A stretch of 64,000 nucleotides of DNA from Deltaproteobacteria bacterium (GCA_040218735.1 JAVJQW010000070.1:416001-480000), one strand, 5' to 3'; positions 1-11,343 are shown, numbered from the stretch's first letter. The notes: generated from the sequence alone by a model not told the origin. Program-made: numbers and translations.

Positions 1-335
1 TACTGCTTGTCGTCCTTCCAGATGACGTTGAAGCGCGGCTCGTAGCGCCGGATCATCTCGCGCTCGAGGAGCAGCGCCTCCTTCTCGTTGCGCGTGACGA
101 CGGTCTCGACGTCGGCGAGCAACACACCGAGCAGCCCGATGAACGCGCGGTAGTCGCTGGTGCCTTCTTGGAAGTATTGCCGGACGCGGCTGTGGAGGTC
201 CTTCGCCTTGCCGACGTAGATGACGTCGCCGGCGTCGTCCTTCATGAGGTACACGCCCGGCGAGTGCGGGAGCTCCTCGAGGCGTTCGAGCCACGCGGTG
301 CGCGCGGTGCGCGGCTTTCGGGTGCGGCTCGCCAC
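1..335 (-). CDS. uvrC: Excinuclease ABC subunit C, N-terminal GIY-YIG part (runs off the window start)
   Basis: Manual minus-strand translation from GTG at 335: MASRTRK...[34 protein letters not shown]...[28 protein letters not shown], the classic UvrC N-terminus. Not in the ORF track. Confidence 0.93.
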   Translation of the reverse strand, partial: MASRTRKPRTARTAWLERLEELPHSPGVYLMKDDAGDVIYVGKAKDLHSRVRQYFQEGTSDYRAFIGLLGVLLADVETVVTRNEKEALLLEREMIRRYEPRFNVIWKDDKQ

Positions 336-388
336 GGCGGGCGATCATACCGATCGATCGCCCGCCGTCCCCGATGTTTATGCGGTGC

Positions 389-3343
389 TCACGGCGACCA
401 CTGGGCGGCGTGTTCGAAGCCGTTGGTGTTCGCCTGGGTCAGCGGAAACGGCGTCCCCGGTGCGCCGGTCACGGGATCGAGCGGGAGCAGGTAGAGGTCC
501 CAGCTCCCGAGGCCCCCGGGGCGCGTGCTGGCGAACGACAGGTGGGTCCCGTCCCGCGCCCACGTCGGGTACGAGCTCGCGCCGACGTTGCCGTTCGCCG
601 CGTCGAGGGTGAGGACCTCCCCGCTGTTGTCGGCGCGTACCAGACGAACGCGCGCGTCGGCCGCCGAGAACGAGCTCTCCCCGCTCGCGCTCTGCGTGAA
701 CGCGATCCACTGACCGTTCGGCGAGAACGCCGGATAGTAGTTCGCCTGTCCGTTGCTGCTCGCGCCCGCGAGCGCGGTGACCGCGCCGCCGTCCTCGGGG
801 ACCACGAAGAGGTTCGCCTGTCCGCTCACGACGGGGCCGCTGCCGCCGTCCGCGGAGACAAACGCGATCGTCCCGTCCGGGCCCCACGACGGCATCGTCG
901 CGTAGCCGACGTCGGCGGGCGTGACGGTGCCCAGCTCCCCTGTGAAGAGCGACGCCTTTTCGACGCCGCCACCCGTCGCGTAGACGAACTGGTACGGCGG
1001 GTCGGTCTCGACGTTCGGGTTCCAGGACACGTACTGGCCGTCGGAGAGTGACAGCGGCGCGAGGAACTCGGACTTCGTCTCCGCGTCGTAGAACTTCAGC
1101 ACCCAGCTCTGCGCGGTGATCGCGACGAAGCGCCCGTCGGGCGACACCGCGTGGCAGCCCGCGCAGTCCTCGTTGCCCGCCTCGGGCCCGGCGAACGGCT
1201 CCACCGTCAAGTCACCTTGCAATGGCTGGCGGCGGATGTTGCTCCCGATCCCCGCGGGGTCGATGTGCCAGAAGTACAGGAACCGCCCCGCGCTCGGCGG
1301 GACGATCGACGGGCCGCCCGTGACGCGTACGTCGATCGAGGGACGCACCGGGTCGTCCGACACGACCTCGATGATCGCGGTGTCCCCCGCGTTGTCGAGC
1401 GGCGCGTAGCGGACGTCGATCGTGTGGGTGTCTCCGGCGTCGAGCACGAGGGGCAGCGTCGGCGACGTGACGATCGAGATCTCCGGGTCGGCGCGCGTCC
1501 AGCTCAGCTGCGTGACCGTCACGGGGAACGAGCCACACGCGCGCAGCGTGAACGACTGCGTGGCCTCGGTCTGCACCTCGCCGAAGTCCACGTTCGTCGG
1601 CTCGATGCACAGGCCCGACGCGCCACCGAAGGCCGTCACGGGGACCTCGACCGGGTCCACGTCCTCGTCGGTCGACGTGACCACCACGGTGCCCATCGCG
1701 ATGCCCTCGGCGGTGGGTGAGAACCTCAGGCGGTACGGCGTGCTCCCGGCTTCGACCGTGAAGGCCGGATCGGAGCCTTCCTTCATCGTGATCGTGTCGA
1801 CACAGTCGACCGCTTCGAACCCGACGACGCGGGAGGTGCCCGGCGCGACGGCGCCGAACCGCAGCGACGACGGCTCCACCCTCAGCGTGCTGCACTCGAT
1901 CGGCTCGATCGGGCCGGTCGATCCCGTGATCGGGACGATCTTGTCGGTCAGCGTTGCGGTGGCGTCGTCGGCCGGTCGGTAGCTCAGCTTCAGGTCGGCG
2001 GTGACACCCTCGTCCATCGGAGCCGCGCCGAAGAAGACGTGCGCGAGGAGCGTGTCACCGGAGGCGAGCGTCTCCGGCACCCGATCCTCCTCCAGGAAGA
2101 ACGCGCCGTTCGGATCGTCGAGGGTGAGGGCGTCGATCGCGCAGGCCTCACCGCCGAGGTTGGAGAAGGTGACGGTACCGCGGCCATCGAAGATCGAGAT
2201 CGACAGCTGCGTCGGGAACGCCTCGATCTGGCAGCCCGCCGAAGTGCCGGTGAGGGGCGCGGTCGCGGTGCCCCGGTCGGCGCGGACGCGGAAGCGGCCG
2301 GTGGTCTCGCCCTCGAGCGTCGGTGCGTAGCGGATCTTCGCGGTGTACGCGATGCCTTCGATCGCCGGGAGGTCGACCGGCTCGGACGGCGCGTTGACGA
2401 CGCTGTACGGTCCACCTTCGCCGAGGATCTCCATCGCCTCGATGCGCACCGTCTCGCCGCCGGAGCCGCAGTTGGCGATCTCGATGGTCCCCTCGCGCTC
2501 CTGGCCGACGCCGACGTTGCCGAAGTCGAGGGTCTTCGGATTCAGGCACAGCCAGGCCTCCGCGCCGTTCCCCTCGATGGTGGTGGTCGTGGTGCCCCGG
2601 TCGGGATCGTTCGAGCTCACGACGAGCGCGCCGGTCGCAGCGAGCTGTTGCACGGGTGCGTAGCGCACGGTGACGACGTGCTGCGCGCCGACGGGGAGCG
2701 TGAAGGACGTCGAGGCGGTCTCGATCGTGAACGCACCATCGGTCGCGTCACTCAGCGCGAGCGCGCTGACCTGCACCGGGTCGGTGCCCTCGCTGCGTAG
2801 GACGATCTTCGCGGTCGAGGTCTCCTGAACGTTGACGTCGCCGAAGTCGAGCTCCGCCGGATCCGGGCAGCGGAGCGAAAGCGGGATGTCCTCGCTCTCG
2901 AGGCAGGTCACGAGGACGGGGCCCTGACGACGATCGCCGCGGACCTCGACGGTCACTTCGGGCGTCTCGGGGTCGTCGGAGACGATGCGCAGCGCGGCGG
3001 TGACCACGTCCAGCGACGACGGCGTGAACGCGACGACGAAGCGGGAGGCCTCGCCGGCCTCGATGACGTCCGGCATGGACTCGACGTCGACGAGCGTAAA
3101 GTCGCCGGATGGGTTCGCGGTCCAGTCGATCTGGGAGATGTCGAGGGCGAAGTCCCCCGCGTTGGTGACGGTGAGAATCCGTTCGGCGCGCACGCCGCGC
3201 GGAACGGTGTCGAAGACGACGGGGTTCGGTGTCACCTCGATCTTGGGCCGACGGGACGTGATCCCGGCGGAGTCCTGACAACTCACGAGCGCCAACAAGA
3301 CGAGCGGGGGGAGGAGCAAAGAGAGACGCTTTTGGTACGACAC
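389..3343 (-). CDS. Large lipoprotein with ~6 Ig-like (choice-of-anchor D / ASPM-Hydin-type) repeats and a C-terminal TolB-like (PD40) beta-propeller
   Basis: Lipobox LLALVSC after the likely GTG start at 3343. Repeated 'P..LDFG.V..G......I.N.G' and 'L.V.SDDP..P...V.V.G' motifs. C-terminal PSWGPDG / PAFSPNG / PTWARDG PD40 repeats, plus a CAGCH motif. Confidence 0.8.
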   Translation of the reverse strand: MSYQKRLSLLLPPLVLLALVSCQDSAGITSRRPKIEVTPNPVVFDTVPRGVRAERILTVTNAGDFALDISQIDWTANPSGDFTLVDVESMPDVIEAGEASRFVVAFTPSSLDVVTAALRIVSDDPETPEVTVEVRGDRRQGPVLVTCLESEDIPLSLRCPDPAELDFGDVNVQETSTAKIVLRSEGTDPVQVSALALSDATDGAFTIETASTSFTLPVGAQHVVTVRYAPVQQLAATGALVVSSNDPDRGTTTTTIEGNGAEAWLCLNPKTLDFGNVGVGQEREGTIEIANCGSGGETVRIEAMEILGEGGPYSVVNAPSEPVDLPAIEGIAYTAKIRYAPTLEGETTGRFRVRADRGTATAPLTGTSAGCQIEAFPTQLSISIFDGRGTVTFSNLGGEACAIDALTLDDPNGAFFLEEDRVPETLASGDTLLAHVFFGAAPMDEGVTADLKLSYRPADDATATLTDKIVPITGSTGPIEPIECSTLRVEPSSLRFGAVAPGTSRVVGFEAVDCVDTITMKEGSDPAFTVEAGSTPYRLRFSPTAEGIAMGTVVVTSTDEDVDPVEVPVTAFGGASGLCIEPTNVDFGEVQTEATQSFTLRACGSFPVTVTQLSWTRADPEISIVTSPTLPLVLDAGDTHTIDVRYAPLDNAGDTAIIEVVSDDPVRPSIDVRVTGGPSIVPPSAGRFLYFWHIDPAGIGSNIRRQPLQGDLTVEPFAGPEAGNEDCAGCHAVSPDGRFVAITAQSWVLKFYDAETKSEFLAPLSLSDGQYVSWNPNVETDPPYQFVYATGGGVEKASLFTGELGTVTPADVGYATMPSWGPDGTIAFVSADGGSGPVVSGQANLFVVPEDGGAVTALAGASSNGQANYYPAFSPNGQWIAFTQSASGESSFSAADARVRLVRADNSGEVLTLDAANGNVGASSYPTWARDGTHLSFASTRPGGLGSWDLYLLPLDPVTGAPGTPFPLTQANTNGFEHAAQWSP

Positions 3344-3476
3344 GGTCGAAGTTCCTTTCGAACGCACCCGTGGATTCGGGCGGGGCATCCGAAAGGTCGT
3401 GGCCGCGAATCGAGGCACCCTTCCCGATTTTTCTTCGCGTCGAGTGGGTCAGGCGACTCGTTGTCCAACTCGGCTG

Positions 3477-3959
3477 TCAGAACGGCAGCTGCAGGCCGGC
3501 GTGTCTGGCTTCGTGGTCGAGGAGCCAGCGCTTCACTTTCACGCCGCCGCCGAACCCCGTGAGGCTCCCGTTCGCGCCGAGGACTCGATGACACGGGACG
3601 ATGATGGGGATGGGGTTCTTGCCATTCGCGGCGCCGACGGCGCGCGTCGCGGTGGGTCGGCCGATCGCCCTCGCCTGCTCCGCGTAGCTGCGCGTCGTCG
3701 CGTACGGAATCTCGACGAGCGCGTTCCAAGCGAGGCGCTGAAATTCGGTGCCGTCGAGCTCGAACGGAGTCTCGAATTTTTGAAGGGCGCCTTCGAAATA
3801 AGCTCGCAACTCATGCACCGCTGCGCGCAAGACAGGATGGTCGGTCGGCCCCGTCACGGGTTCCTCGACACGGTTCGGGAGGTCGACGCGGGTGACCGCG
3901 CGTTCGTTCGCTTCGACGCGCAGCGGTCCGATCGGTGATTCGACGACGACGTGGTTCAT
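3477..3959 (-). CDS. ogt: Methylated-DNA--protein-cysteine methyltransferase
   Basis: MNHVVVESPIG start, GTEFQ..AW..L..IPY, RAVGAANGKNPIPIIVPCHRV active-site motif. Confidence 0.93.
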   Translation of the reverse strand: MNHVVVESPIGPLRVEANERAVTRVDLPNRVEEPVTGPTDHPVLRAAVHELRAYFEGALQKFETPFELDGTEFQRLAWNALVEIPYATTRSYAEQARAIGRPTATRAVGAANGKNPIPIIVPCHRVLGANGSLTGFGGGVKVKRWLLDHEARHAGLQLPF

Positions 3960-3961
3960 GG

Positions 3962-5383
3962 TCAGCTCTCTTTCGCGGTGGCCGGTGTCGACCACAGATA
4001 CATCGCGGCGTAGGCGCGCCACGGTCGCCACCCTTCGGCGCGGTCTGTCGATCCGCGCGCCGTCTTCACCGCGAGCGCCTTCATGATCCCCAGGTCGGCG
4101 GCGGGGAACGCGTCGGGGTGGTGAAGGACCCGCATCGCGGCGTAGGACGCGGTCCACGGACCGACGCCGGGGATTACGAGGAGCGCCTCGGTGAAGCGCT
4201 CCGCGTCGGTGGTCGCGAAGACGCCGTCGACCGCGGCGCGCGCCACGGCGCGGAGGGTGTCGGCGCGTTTCTTGGGGAGGCCCACTGCGCGCGCGATACC
4301 GGTGGCGCGCGCGATGCGCTCCGGGCTCGGGAAGCGGTGGGACAGCGGACCGTCGCCAACGCGTTCGCCGTAGCGCTCCACGAACCTGCCGGCGAGCGTG
4401 GTCGCGCCTTTGACGGAGACCTGCTGCCCGAGCACGGTGCGGACGAGCGTCTCGAAGGGATCGAACGCGCCGGGGATGCGCAAGCCGGGTTGCGCGGCGA
4501 CAGCCGCGGCGAGCGTCGTGTCAGCGCCGAGGCGCTCGGCGATCGCGTCGGGTCGTGCGTCGAGGTCGAAGAGCGAGCGGACGCGCGCCACGATCGGCAT
4601 GAGGTGCGGCATCAGCGCGCCGGACACCGCAACCCGCAGCGCGGCGCGTTTCGGATCGAGCGCGACGCGAACCGTCCCGACGTCGTCACCGAAGGCGACA
4701 ACGCGCGCGTAGCCGTCGTCGACCTGCTCCACCCCCGGGATCGCGCGTACGCGGAGGAAGTCGAGGAGCGCTCCCCACGCGAGCGGCGGACGGAAGTCGA
4801 GCCGCAGCGTCTCGTCGGTGCCCCGCGGGGCACGGCGGCGGACCTCGGAGGGCGGCATCGCGAAGCGCTCCGCGAACGACGCGTTGAAGCGACGCACACT
4901 CGAGAACCCGGCGGCGAACGCGACGTCGGCGAGCGACATGGAGGTGTCCTGGAGGAGCTGCTTCGCGAGCGCGAGCCGGCGCGTCTGCGCGAGCTCCACG
5001 GGTGTCACGCCGAGCGCCTCGTTCGTCGCGCGGCGGAGGTGCCGCGCCGTCACGCCGAGCCGGTCCGCCAGGTCATCCACGCCGTGGTCGTTGAGGAACC
5101 CGGCGTCGACGTGGGCGACGGCGTTGCGCACGAGGCGATCGGTGGCGTCGATGGTCGCCGAGCCGGGCGCCAACTCCGGGCGGCAGACAAAACAAGCCCG
5201 AAAGCCGGCTTGCTCGGCGAGGGCGCTGGACCGGTAGAAGGTGCAGCGGTCGCGGCGAGGCGTGCGCGCCGTGCAGACGGGGCGGCAGTAGATCCCGGTG
5301 GTCTCGACGCCGACGAAGAACAGCCCGTCGAACCGCCGGTCCTTGGCGGCGAGCGCGCGGTAACAGACGTCGGCGTCGAACAT
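3962..5383 (-). CDS. alkA: Ada-type Zn domain/AraC regulator fused to AlkA DNA-3-methyladenine glycosylase
   Basis: Likely start MFDADVCY at 5383. FFVGVETTGIYCRPVC and FRACFVCRP (Ada Zn site), AraC HTH, GQQVSV, IPGVGPWTA HhH and FPAADLG. Confidence 0.9.
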   Translation of the reverse strand: MFDADVCYRALAAKDRRFDGLFFVGVETTGIYCRPVCTARTPRRDRCTFYRSSALAEQAGFRACFVCRPELAPGSATIDATDRLVRNAVAHVDAGFLNDHGVDDLADRLGVTARHLRRATNEALGVTPVELAQTRRLALAKQLLQDTSMSLADVAFAAGFSSVRRFNASFAERFAMPPSEVRRRAPRGTDETLRLDFRPPLAWGALLDFLRVRAIPGVEQVDDGYARVVAFGDDVGTVRVALDPKRAALRVAVSGALMPHLMPIVARVRSLFDLDARPDAIAERLGADTTLAAAVAAQPGLRIPGAFDPFETLVRTVLGQQVSVKGATTLAGRFVERYGERVGDGPLSHRFPSPERIARATGIARAVGLPKKRADTLRAVARAAVDGVFATTDAERFTEALLVIPGVGPWTASYAAMRVLHHPDAFPAADLGIMKALAVKTARGSTDRAEGWRPWRAYAAMYLWSTPATAKES

Positions 5384-5480
5384 CGTGGCCGCAGGAGTAC
5401 CGCGACGGGGCCCGGGCGTCTGGCCGTTTTCGGACGTGGGTGCGAAGTTGGTGCGGGGGGCGCGGACCTTCGACTGGGCC

Positions 5481-5517
5481 GGGCCCCGGACCGGTACCAG
5501 GACCCGGACCGGGGCCC
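5481..5517. terminator. GC-rich hairpin just downstream of the SDR gene (possible terminator)
   Basis: GGGCCCCGG (5481-5489) pairs with CCGGGGCCC (5509-5517), with an inner CCGG/CCGG pairing. No clear U-tract. Confidence 0.35.
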
Positions 5518-5534
5518 TGTGCTGGAGCACGGGC

Positions 5535-6296
5535 CTAGACGAACATCCCGCCCGACGCCTCGATGCGCTGCCCGTTCACCCACGCGGTGTCGCCCGCGAA
5601 GAGCGCCGCGACGGCGCCGCCGATGTCGTCCGGCTTGCCGGCGCGGCCGAGCGCGGTCAGCGACGCGACCCAGGCGTTGACCTCCGGGTTGTCGCGGATG
5701 CCGCCGCCGCCGAAGTCGGTCTCGATGGCGCCGGGCGCGAGGGTGTTGACGGTGATCTGACGCTCGCCGAGCTCCTTGGCGAGGTACCGCGTGAACACCT
5801 CGATCCCGCCCTTCATCGACGCGTACGCCGCGTAGCCCGGCAGCGCGAAGCGCGCGAGTCCGCTCGAGATGTTCACGATGCGGCCGCCGTCCGCCATGAG
5901 GCCGAGCAGCTTCTGGGTGAGGAAAAACGGCGCCTTCAGGTGAATCGCCACCAGGCGGTCGAAGTCGGCTTCCTTGATCTCGGTGATCGGCGCGCTGTGC
6001 GCGACACCCGCGTTGTTCATCAGGAAGTCGAACGTGTCTCGCCCGAAGGTCTCCTTCAGGCCCGCGCCGACCGCCCCGGCGAAGTCCGAGAAGGACGCGC
6101 TGTTACTCACGTCGAGCTGCAGGACGAGCGCCTTCGCGCCGGCCGCTTCGACCTCCGCCTTCATCGACTCCGCGGCTTCGCGGTTGGTGTTGTAGGTCCC
6201 GATGATGTTCACACCGCGGCGTGCAAGGTGCAGCGCCGAGCTTCGACCGAGCCCGCGGCTCGCTCCGGTGATGAGTGCGATCTTGTGGTTGGTCAT
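5535..6296 (-). CDS. Short-chain dehydrogenase/reductase (SDR)
   Basis: TGASRGLG, NNAG, YASMK catalytic YxxxK, PGAIETDF. Confidence 0.93.
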   Translation of the reverse strand: MTNHKIALITGASRGLGRSSALHLARRGVNIIGTYNTNREAAESMKAEVEAAGAKALVLQLDVSNSASFSDFAGAVGAGLKETFGRDTFDFLMNNAGVAHSAPITEIKEADFDRLVAIHLKAPFFLTQKLLGLMADGGRIVNISSGLARFALPGYAAYASMKGGIEVFTRYLAKELGERQITVNTLAPGAIETDFGGGGIRDNPEVNAWVASLTALGRAGKPDDIGGAVAALFAGDTAWVNGQRIEASGGMFV

Positions 6297-6381
6297 GGGT
6301 TCTCGTTGCCTCCGGGAGCGAACCTACGCATCGATGCGTTTCGAACAAACCAGCATTCTTGGTAAGAACTGTTAACGAATC

Positions 6382-7275
6382 TTGGACAATCTAGAGACAA
6401 TGCGAATCTACGCCCGCGTGGCGGAGCTCAAGAGTTTCACGCAGGCCGCGGAGAGCCTGGGCCTCCCGAAGGCCACGGTCTCCCACGCGGTGCAGGCCCT
6501 CGAAGCGCGGCTCGGCGTGCAGCTCCTCCACCGAACGACGCGCCGCGTGCGTGTCACGCCGGACGGCGCCGCGTACTACGAGCGTGTGAAGGACCTGCTC
6601 TTCGACTTCGACGAGCTGGAGCAGACCTTCTCCAACCCCGACCAACCGCTGAAGGGGCGCATCCGCGTCGACATGCCCAGCCGCATGGCCCGCCTCACCG
6701 TCATCCCGCGCCTCCCGGAGTTCCTCGCGCTGCACCCCGAGATCACCGTGGAGCTCGGCGCGACCGATCGCATGGTGGACCTCGTCCGCGAGGGCTACGA
6801 CTGCGTCGTCCGCGTCGGTGAGCTTTCGAGCTCAGGGCTCGTCGCGAAGCGCATCGGCGAGATGCCGCTCGTGAACTGCGCGAGCCCCGCCTACCTCGAG
6901 CGCTACGGGCGACCGCGCCGCCTCAAGGATCTCGACAAACACCAGATGGTCCACTTCGTCGGCACGCTCGGCGGCCGGCCGGAGGGGTTCTGGTACGAGA
7001 AGGACGGCGAGTACGTCTCCTACGACGTCCCCGGGCGCGTGCAGGTCAACAACGCCGAAAACTTCGTCGCGGCGTGTGAGGCGGGCCTCGGGATCATCCA
7101 GTCCCCGCTCCTCAGCATCGACCCGCACCTCGAGGACGGTCGCCTCGTCGAGGTCCTCCCCCGCCTGCGCGCGGAGCCGATGCCGATCTCGCTGGTGTTC
7201 CCGCAGCGCCGCAACCTCTCGCGTCGCGTGCGGGCGTTCATGGACTGGGTTACCCCCGTGATTCAGGGGCGCTGA
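6382..7275 (+). CDS. LysR-family transcriptional regulator, divergent from the SDR gene
   Basis: [10 protein letters not shown]...[27 protein letters not shown] and a CrgA-like effector domain. Confidence 0.93.
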   Translation: MDNLETMRIYARVAELKSFTQAAESLGLPKATVSHAVQALEARLGVQLLHRTTRRVRVTPDGAAYYERVKDLLFDFDELEQTFSNPDQPLKGRIRVDMPSRMARLTVIPRLPEFLALHPEITVELGATDRMVDLVREGYDCVVRVGELSSSGLVAKRIGEMPLVNCASPAYLERYGRPRRLKDLDKHQMVHFVGTLGGRPEGFWYEKDGEYVSYDVPGRVQVNNAENFVAACEAGLGIIQSPLLSIDPHLEDGRLVEVLPRLRAEPMPISLVFPQRRNLSRRVRAFMDWVTPVIQGR

Positions 7276-9338
7276 CCGCTCCGACGTCCACCACCCCGGC
7301 GCGAGCCCTTCTTCTTCTTCGGCGCGATCAGCGTGGGCGCACCGACCCCGAGGTCGGCGCTCTCGATCGCGCGCACCCGATCACGAAGCTCCGCCGCGGT
7401 CTCGAAGTCGAGCTCCTTCGCGGCATTCATCATCTGCTTCTTCAGGTCCTTGATGACCTTGGGCAACTCCGCCTTGTCGTAGACCTTCCCGTCGATCTCG
7501 ATCTCACCGTCGTCGCCGAACACCGTCAGCTCCGTCCTGAAGCCGGCGAGCTGCCGCAGATCGCGGATCTGCTTCTTCACCGTCTGCGGCGTGATGTTGT
7601 GCTCGACGTTGTACGCCTCCTGCTTTTCCCGCCGACGGTTCGTCTCGTCGATCGCCGCGCGCATCGACTCCGTGATCGTGTCCGCGAACATGATCACCTT
7701 GCCGTTCACGTTGCGCGCGGCGCGGCCGATCGTCTGGATGAGCGACTTCTCTGCGCGGAGGAAGCCCTCCTTGTCCGCATCGAGGATCGCGACGAGCGAC
7801 ACCTCCGGGAGGTCGAGCCCCTCACGCAGCAGGTTGATGCCCACGAGGACGTCGAACGTACCGAGCCGCAGGTCACGCAGGATGTCGGCGCGCTCCATCG
7901 TGTCGACGTCGGAGTGGAGGTACTGCACCCGAACGCCGAGGTCCGCGTAGTACTCCGTCAGGTCCTCTGCCATGCGCTTGGTGAGCACCGTGACGAGCAC
8001 GCGCTCGTTCTTCTTCGCGCGGACGCGGATCTCTTCGAGCAGCTCGTCGACCTGGTGCCCCGCGGGGCGCACCTCGATCTCGGGATCGAGCAGCCCCGTC
8101 GGCCGGATGATCTGCTCGACGAACACCCCCTCGGTGCGCTCCAGCTCGTAGTCCGCCGGCGTCGCGGAGACGTAGACGACCTGTTTCAGCCGCTGCTCGA
8201 ACTCCGGGAACTTCAGCGGCCGGTTGTCGCGCGCCGAGGGGAGCCGGAAGCCGAACTCCACGAGGGTGTCCTTGCGCGCGCGGTCGCCGCGGAACATCGC
8301 GCCGACCTGCGGGACCGTCTGGTGGCTCTCGTCGATCACCATCAGGAAGTCCTCGGGGAAGTAGTCGAGGAGCGTCGGCGGCGGCTCGCCCTCTTTGCGG
8401 AGCGACAGGTGCCGCGAGTAGTTCTCGATGCCCTTCACCATCCCGACGGTCTCGAGCATCTCCAGGTCGTAGATCGTGCGTTGCTCGAGCCGCTGCGCTT
8501 CGACGAGCTTCGAGTCCCCCTCGAGCTCCTGCAGGCGGAACCGCAGCTCCTCTTCGATCGACTTCAGCGCGAGCGCGCGCCGCTCCGGCGGCGTGACGTA
8601 GTGGCTCGCGGGGAACATACGGATCTTCTCGAGGTCCCGGATGGCCCGCCCGCGCAGCGGGTCGACCTCGCGGATGGCCTCGAGCTCGTCGCCGAACCAC
8701 TCGAAGCGCAGCGCGTGTTCGTCCTCGTAGACCGGGAACACCTCGACGACGTCGCCGCGCACGCGGAACATGCCGCGGGCGAAGTCCATGTCGTTGCGTT
8801 CGTACTGCAGCTCGACGAGGCGGCGCAGGACGTCGTCGCGTTCGATGGACTGCCCGGGCTCGAGGTCGAGCGTCATGCCCTCGTACACCTCGGACGCGCC
8901 GATGCCGTAGATGCAGCTCACGGACGCGACGACGAGGACATCGTTGCGCTCGAGGAGCGACCGCGTGGCCGAGTGGCGCATGCGATCGATCTCGTCGTTG
9001 ATGAGCGAATCCTTCTCGATGTACGTGTCCGTCGTCGGGACGTACGCCTCGGGCTGGTAGTAGTCGTAGTAGCTGACGAAGTACTCGATGGCGTTGTTCG
9101 GGAAGAGCTCCTTGAACTCCCCGTACAGCTGCGCGGCCAACGTCTTGTTGTGGACGAGCACCAGCGTCGGGCGCTGCACCTGCTCCACGACGTTCGCGAT
9201 CGTGAACGTCTTGCCGGTGCCGGTCGCGCCGAGGAGCAGCTGGTGTTTGTCGCCGTTTTCGAGGCCCGCGACGAGCTGACGGATCGCTTCGGGCTGGTCC
9301 CCCATCGGGGACAGCTCGGTGACGAGCTCGAACTTCAC
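7263..9338 (-). CDS. uvrB: Excinuclease ABC subunit B
   Basis: [59 protein letters not shown]-terminal UVR domain. Start placed at GTG 9338 to avoid overlap with the upstream gene. Confidence 0.97.
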   Translation of the reverse strand: MKFELVTELSPMGDQPEAIRQLVAGLENGDKHQLLLGATGTGKTFTIANVVEQVQRPTLVLVHNKTLAAQLYGEFKELFPNNAIEYFVSYYDYYQPEAYVPTTDTYIEKDSLINDEIDRMRHSATRSLLERNDVLVVASVSCIYGIGASEVYEGMTLDLEPGQSIERDDVLRRLVELQYERNDMDFARGMFRVRGDVVEVFPVYEDEHALRFEWFGDELEAIREVDPLRGRAIRDLEKIRMFPASHYVTPPERRALALKSIEEELRFRLQELEGDSKLVEAQRLEQRTIYDLEMLETVGMVKGIENYSRHLSLRKEGEPPPTLLDYFPEDFLMVIDESHQTVPQVGAMFRGDRARKDTLVEFGFRLPSARDNRPLKFPEFEQRLKQVVYVSATPADYELERTEGVFVEQIIRPTGLLDPEIEVRPAGHQVDELLEEIRVRAKKNERVLVTVLTKRMAEDLTEYYADLGVRVQYLHSDVDTMERADILRDLRLGTFDVLVGINLLREGLDLPEVSLVAILDADKEGFLRAEKSLIQTIGRAARNVNGKVIMFADTITESMRAAIDETNRRREKQEAYNVEHNITPQTVKKQIRDLRQLAGFRTELTVFGDDGEIEIDGKVYDKAELPKVIKDLKKQMMNAAKELDFETAAELRDRVRAIESADLGVGAPTLIAPKKKKGSRRGGGRRSGQRP

Positions 9339-9345
9339 CCGGGGA

Positions 9346-10728
9346 TCAATCGCACATGCGGGCGCTGTCGTCGTCGCAATTCGGGTTGCCGTTGCGGACA
9401 CACGTCATGCCCGTGGGGGAGACCGTGACCTGCGTCCACGTGTCGGACGTGAGGTCGAGGATCCACGTGTCGTTGGCGAGGCCGCAGTCGGTGCGCCCGC
9501 CGTAGAGAACCACGCGATCGTCCCCGGCCTTCACGAACAGGTGGGACTCGCGGCGCTCCGGCACGGCCGGGTTCGCCGCGGCGAAGTTGCCGTAGAACTC
9601 GCAGAACGCGACCGAGTTGGTGCGCCCGGGCGCGTCGCCTTCGTCCACGAGGGACCAGGTCTGCGTGTCGAGGTCGAAGGCCCACAGGTCGTTGTTGTTG
9701 CCGAGGCCGAGGTCGTCGTGGCCGCCGAACAGGAGGATGCGATCGCGGACCTGGTCGGTGATCATCTTGCCCTTGATGCGCGGGCGCGGGCGGTTGGCGT
9801 CGTAGCCGTTGCCGAGCGGCCCCTGATCGATCTCCGACCAGGCCAACGTGGTCAGATCGAGGACCCACATGTTGCCGTCGCCGAAGGAGACGAACGCGTC
9901 CTCGCCGGCCCCGGCGAAGACGTAGAGGCGCTGCCGCTCCGCGTCGTACGCGGACGAGTGGAACAGACGCGCCGGCGGCGTCGATGACACGGGTACCATC
10001 GTCCAGTCGTTGGTGCTGACGTTGAAGACCCACGTCTGCGAGTCCGGGTAGAACTGCGAGAACGCCGGGTTCGTCTGGCCGCCGGCGTGGATGAACACCG
10101 CGCTGCTGTTCGGGTCCGCGACCATCGAGAAGTTCATGCGCCCCTTCGGCACGCCGTTCGGCGGCGCGTCGTTGAAGAGCCCGCCGCGCTGTGCCGACAG
10201 CTCCGCCCACGAGCGATCCACCGGGTTGAAGGCCCAGACGTCGTTGAGGAACGTGTACTCGCCGCTGCTGCCGGGGCGCCAGCGTCCGCCGAAGAGGACG
10301 AAGCGATCGTTCTGCGCGTCCCACACCGCCTGGCTGCGCGCACGCTGGCGCGGCGCCTCGGTGCTGACCGTCGAAAGGGTGTGCCAGGTCCCGGCGTCGA
10401 CGTCGAAGGCGTGGAGGTCATCGATGAAGTCGGACCCCGCGAACGAGCACATCTCCGGCTCGGACTTGTCGCCGAAGGCCATGTACACGACGCCGCACTT
10501 GTCGTCGTAGGCGGCCGCCATGTCGCCGCGACGCAGCGGAGCGACCTCGGCGCCGCTCAGCGCCGGACCGAGATCGGGGCAGCCGTCCTCGACGACGCCG
10601 CCGTCGCGGATGCTGCTGGTGGTGCCCCCGTCACGGGGCGGGATGTTCGTGTCGTCGCTGCCGTCGTCGCCGCCGCTGCAGGCGAAGGTGAGCACGGGGA
10701 GCAGGAGGAGTGCGGTGCGTGTGTTCAT
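9346..10728 (-). CDS. Kelch-repeat beta-propeller lipoprotein
   Basis: Lipobox LTFAC, repeated 'LFGG...NDVWAF...W' Kelch units, paired Cys. Confidence 0.8.
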   Translation of the reverse strand: MNTRTALLLLPVLTFACSGGDDGSDDTNIPPRDGGTTSSIRDGGVVEDGCPDLGPALSGAEVAPLRRGDMAAAYDDKCGVVYMAFGDKSEPEMCSFAGSDFIDDLHAFDVDAGTWHTLSTVSTEAPRQRARSQAVWDAQNDRFVLFGGRWRPGSSGEYTFLNDVWAFNPVDRSWAELSAQRGGLFNDAPPNGVPKGRMNFSMVADPNSSAVFIHAGGQTNPAFSQFYPDSQTWVFNVSTNDWTMVPVSSTPPARLFHSSAYDAERQRLYVFAGAGEDAFVSFGDGNMWVLDLTTLAWSEIDQGPLGNGYDANRPRPRIKGKMITDQVRDRILLFGGHDDLGLGNNNDLWAFDLDTQTWSLVDEGDAPGRTNSVAFCEFYGNFAAANPAVPERRESHLFVKAGDDRVVLYGGRTDCGLANDTWILDLTSDTWTQVTVSPTGMTCVRNGNPNCDDDSARMCD

Positions 10729-10770
10729 GGGTGGCTCCAAGGGGATGGAACGCCTTCGAGGCGTCCGAGA

Positions 10771-11343
10771 TCAATCGCAGAAGTTGTCGTTCCCGGGCTC
10801 GCTCGGTCCCGGACACACGGACACGTCGACGGTGACCGCGTCCTCGTAGGTCAGCCCCGACTTCATCTCCACCACGACGCGCATCGTGGCCTGCTGCTCC
10901 GCGACGAGGCAGCAGTCGTCGATGATGTTCGGGATCGCGATGAGCTGAAGGGCGCCGGTCTCGGTGTCCATCTGGATCGGCGCGGCGCCGGTGCGCTGGA
11001 CCGTCGAGCGCACGCCGCCGTCGGTGGACGTCACGGTGAAGGTGAGGAGCTGGATGTCGGCCTTCGCGATGCCCATCATCCGCGCGCCGGACCACAGGTG
11101 CAGCCCGCCGTCGCGGCCGCCGCCCTGCGGGCCGGCGATCAGCTCGATGTCGTCGCCGTCCATCAGGACTTCGAACCGGTCCTCGCCGGTGCCGATCTGC
11201 ACGCTCGGCATTACGGGGCCCGCGTCGCGGGTGCTGACGGGGCCGCCGTCGCGGTTCACCACGTCGTCGTCGTTCCCGTCGTCGTCTCCGCTCGTGCCGC
11301 ACGCGGCGACGAGGAGGAGCGCGTAGAGCGCACGCCGGACCAT
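10771..11343 (-). CDS. Hypothetical lipoprotein
   Basis: LVAAC lipobox, RDGG/RDAG linker, 'GPQGG..H' motif. Co-oriented with the Kelch gene. Confidence 0.65.
   Translation of the reverse strand: MVRRALYALLLVAACGTSGDDDGNDDDVVNRDGGPVSTRDAGPVMPSVQIGTGEDRFEVLMDGDDIELIAGPQGGGRDGGLHLWSGARMMGIAKADIQLLTFTVTSTDGGVRSTVQRTGAAPIQMDTETGALQLIAIPNIIDDCCLVAEQQATMRVVVEMKSGLTYEDAVTVDVSVCPGPSEPGNDNFCD

Noticed and set aside
7599-9428. 609-aa plus-strand ORF (and similar long ORFs at 3935-5680, 23818-25830, 28914-31004, 45686-48439, 59411-60961, 61929-63611)
   Set aside because: These are antisense shadows of well-supported genes, expected in high-GC DNA, and have no recognisable motifs.
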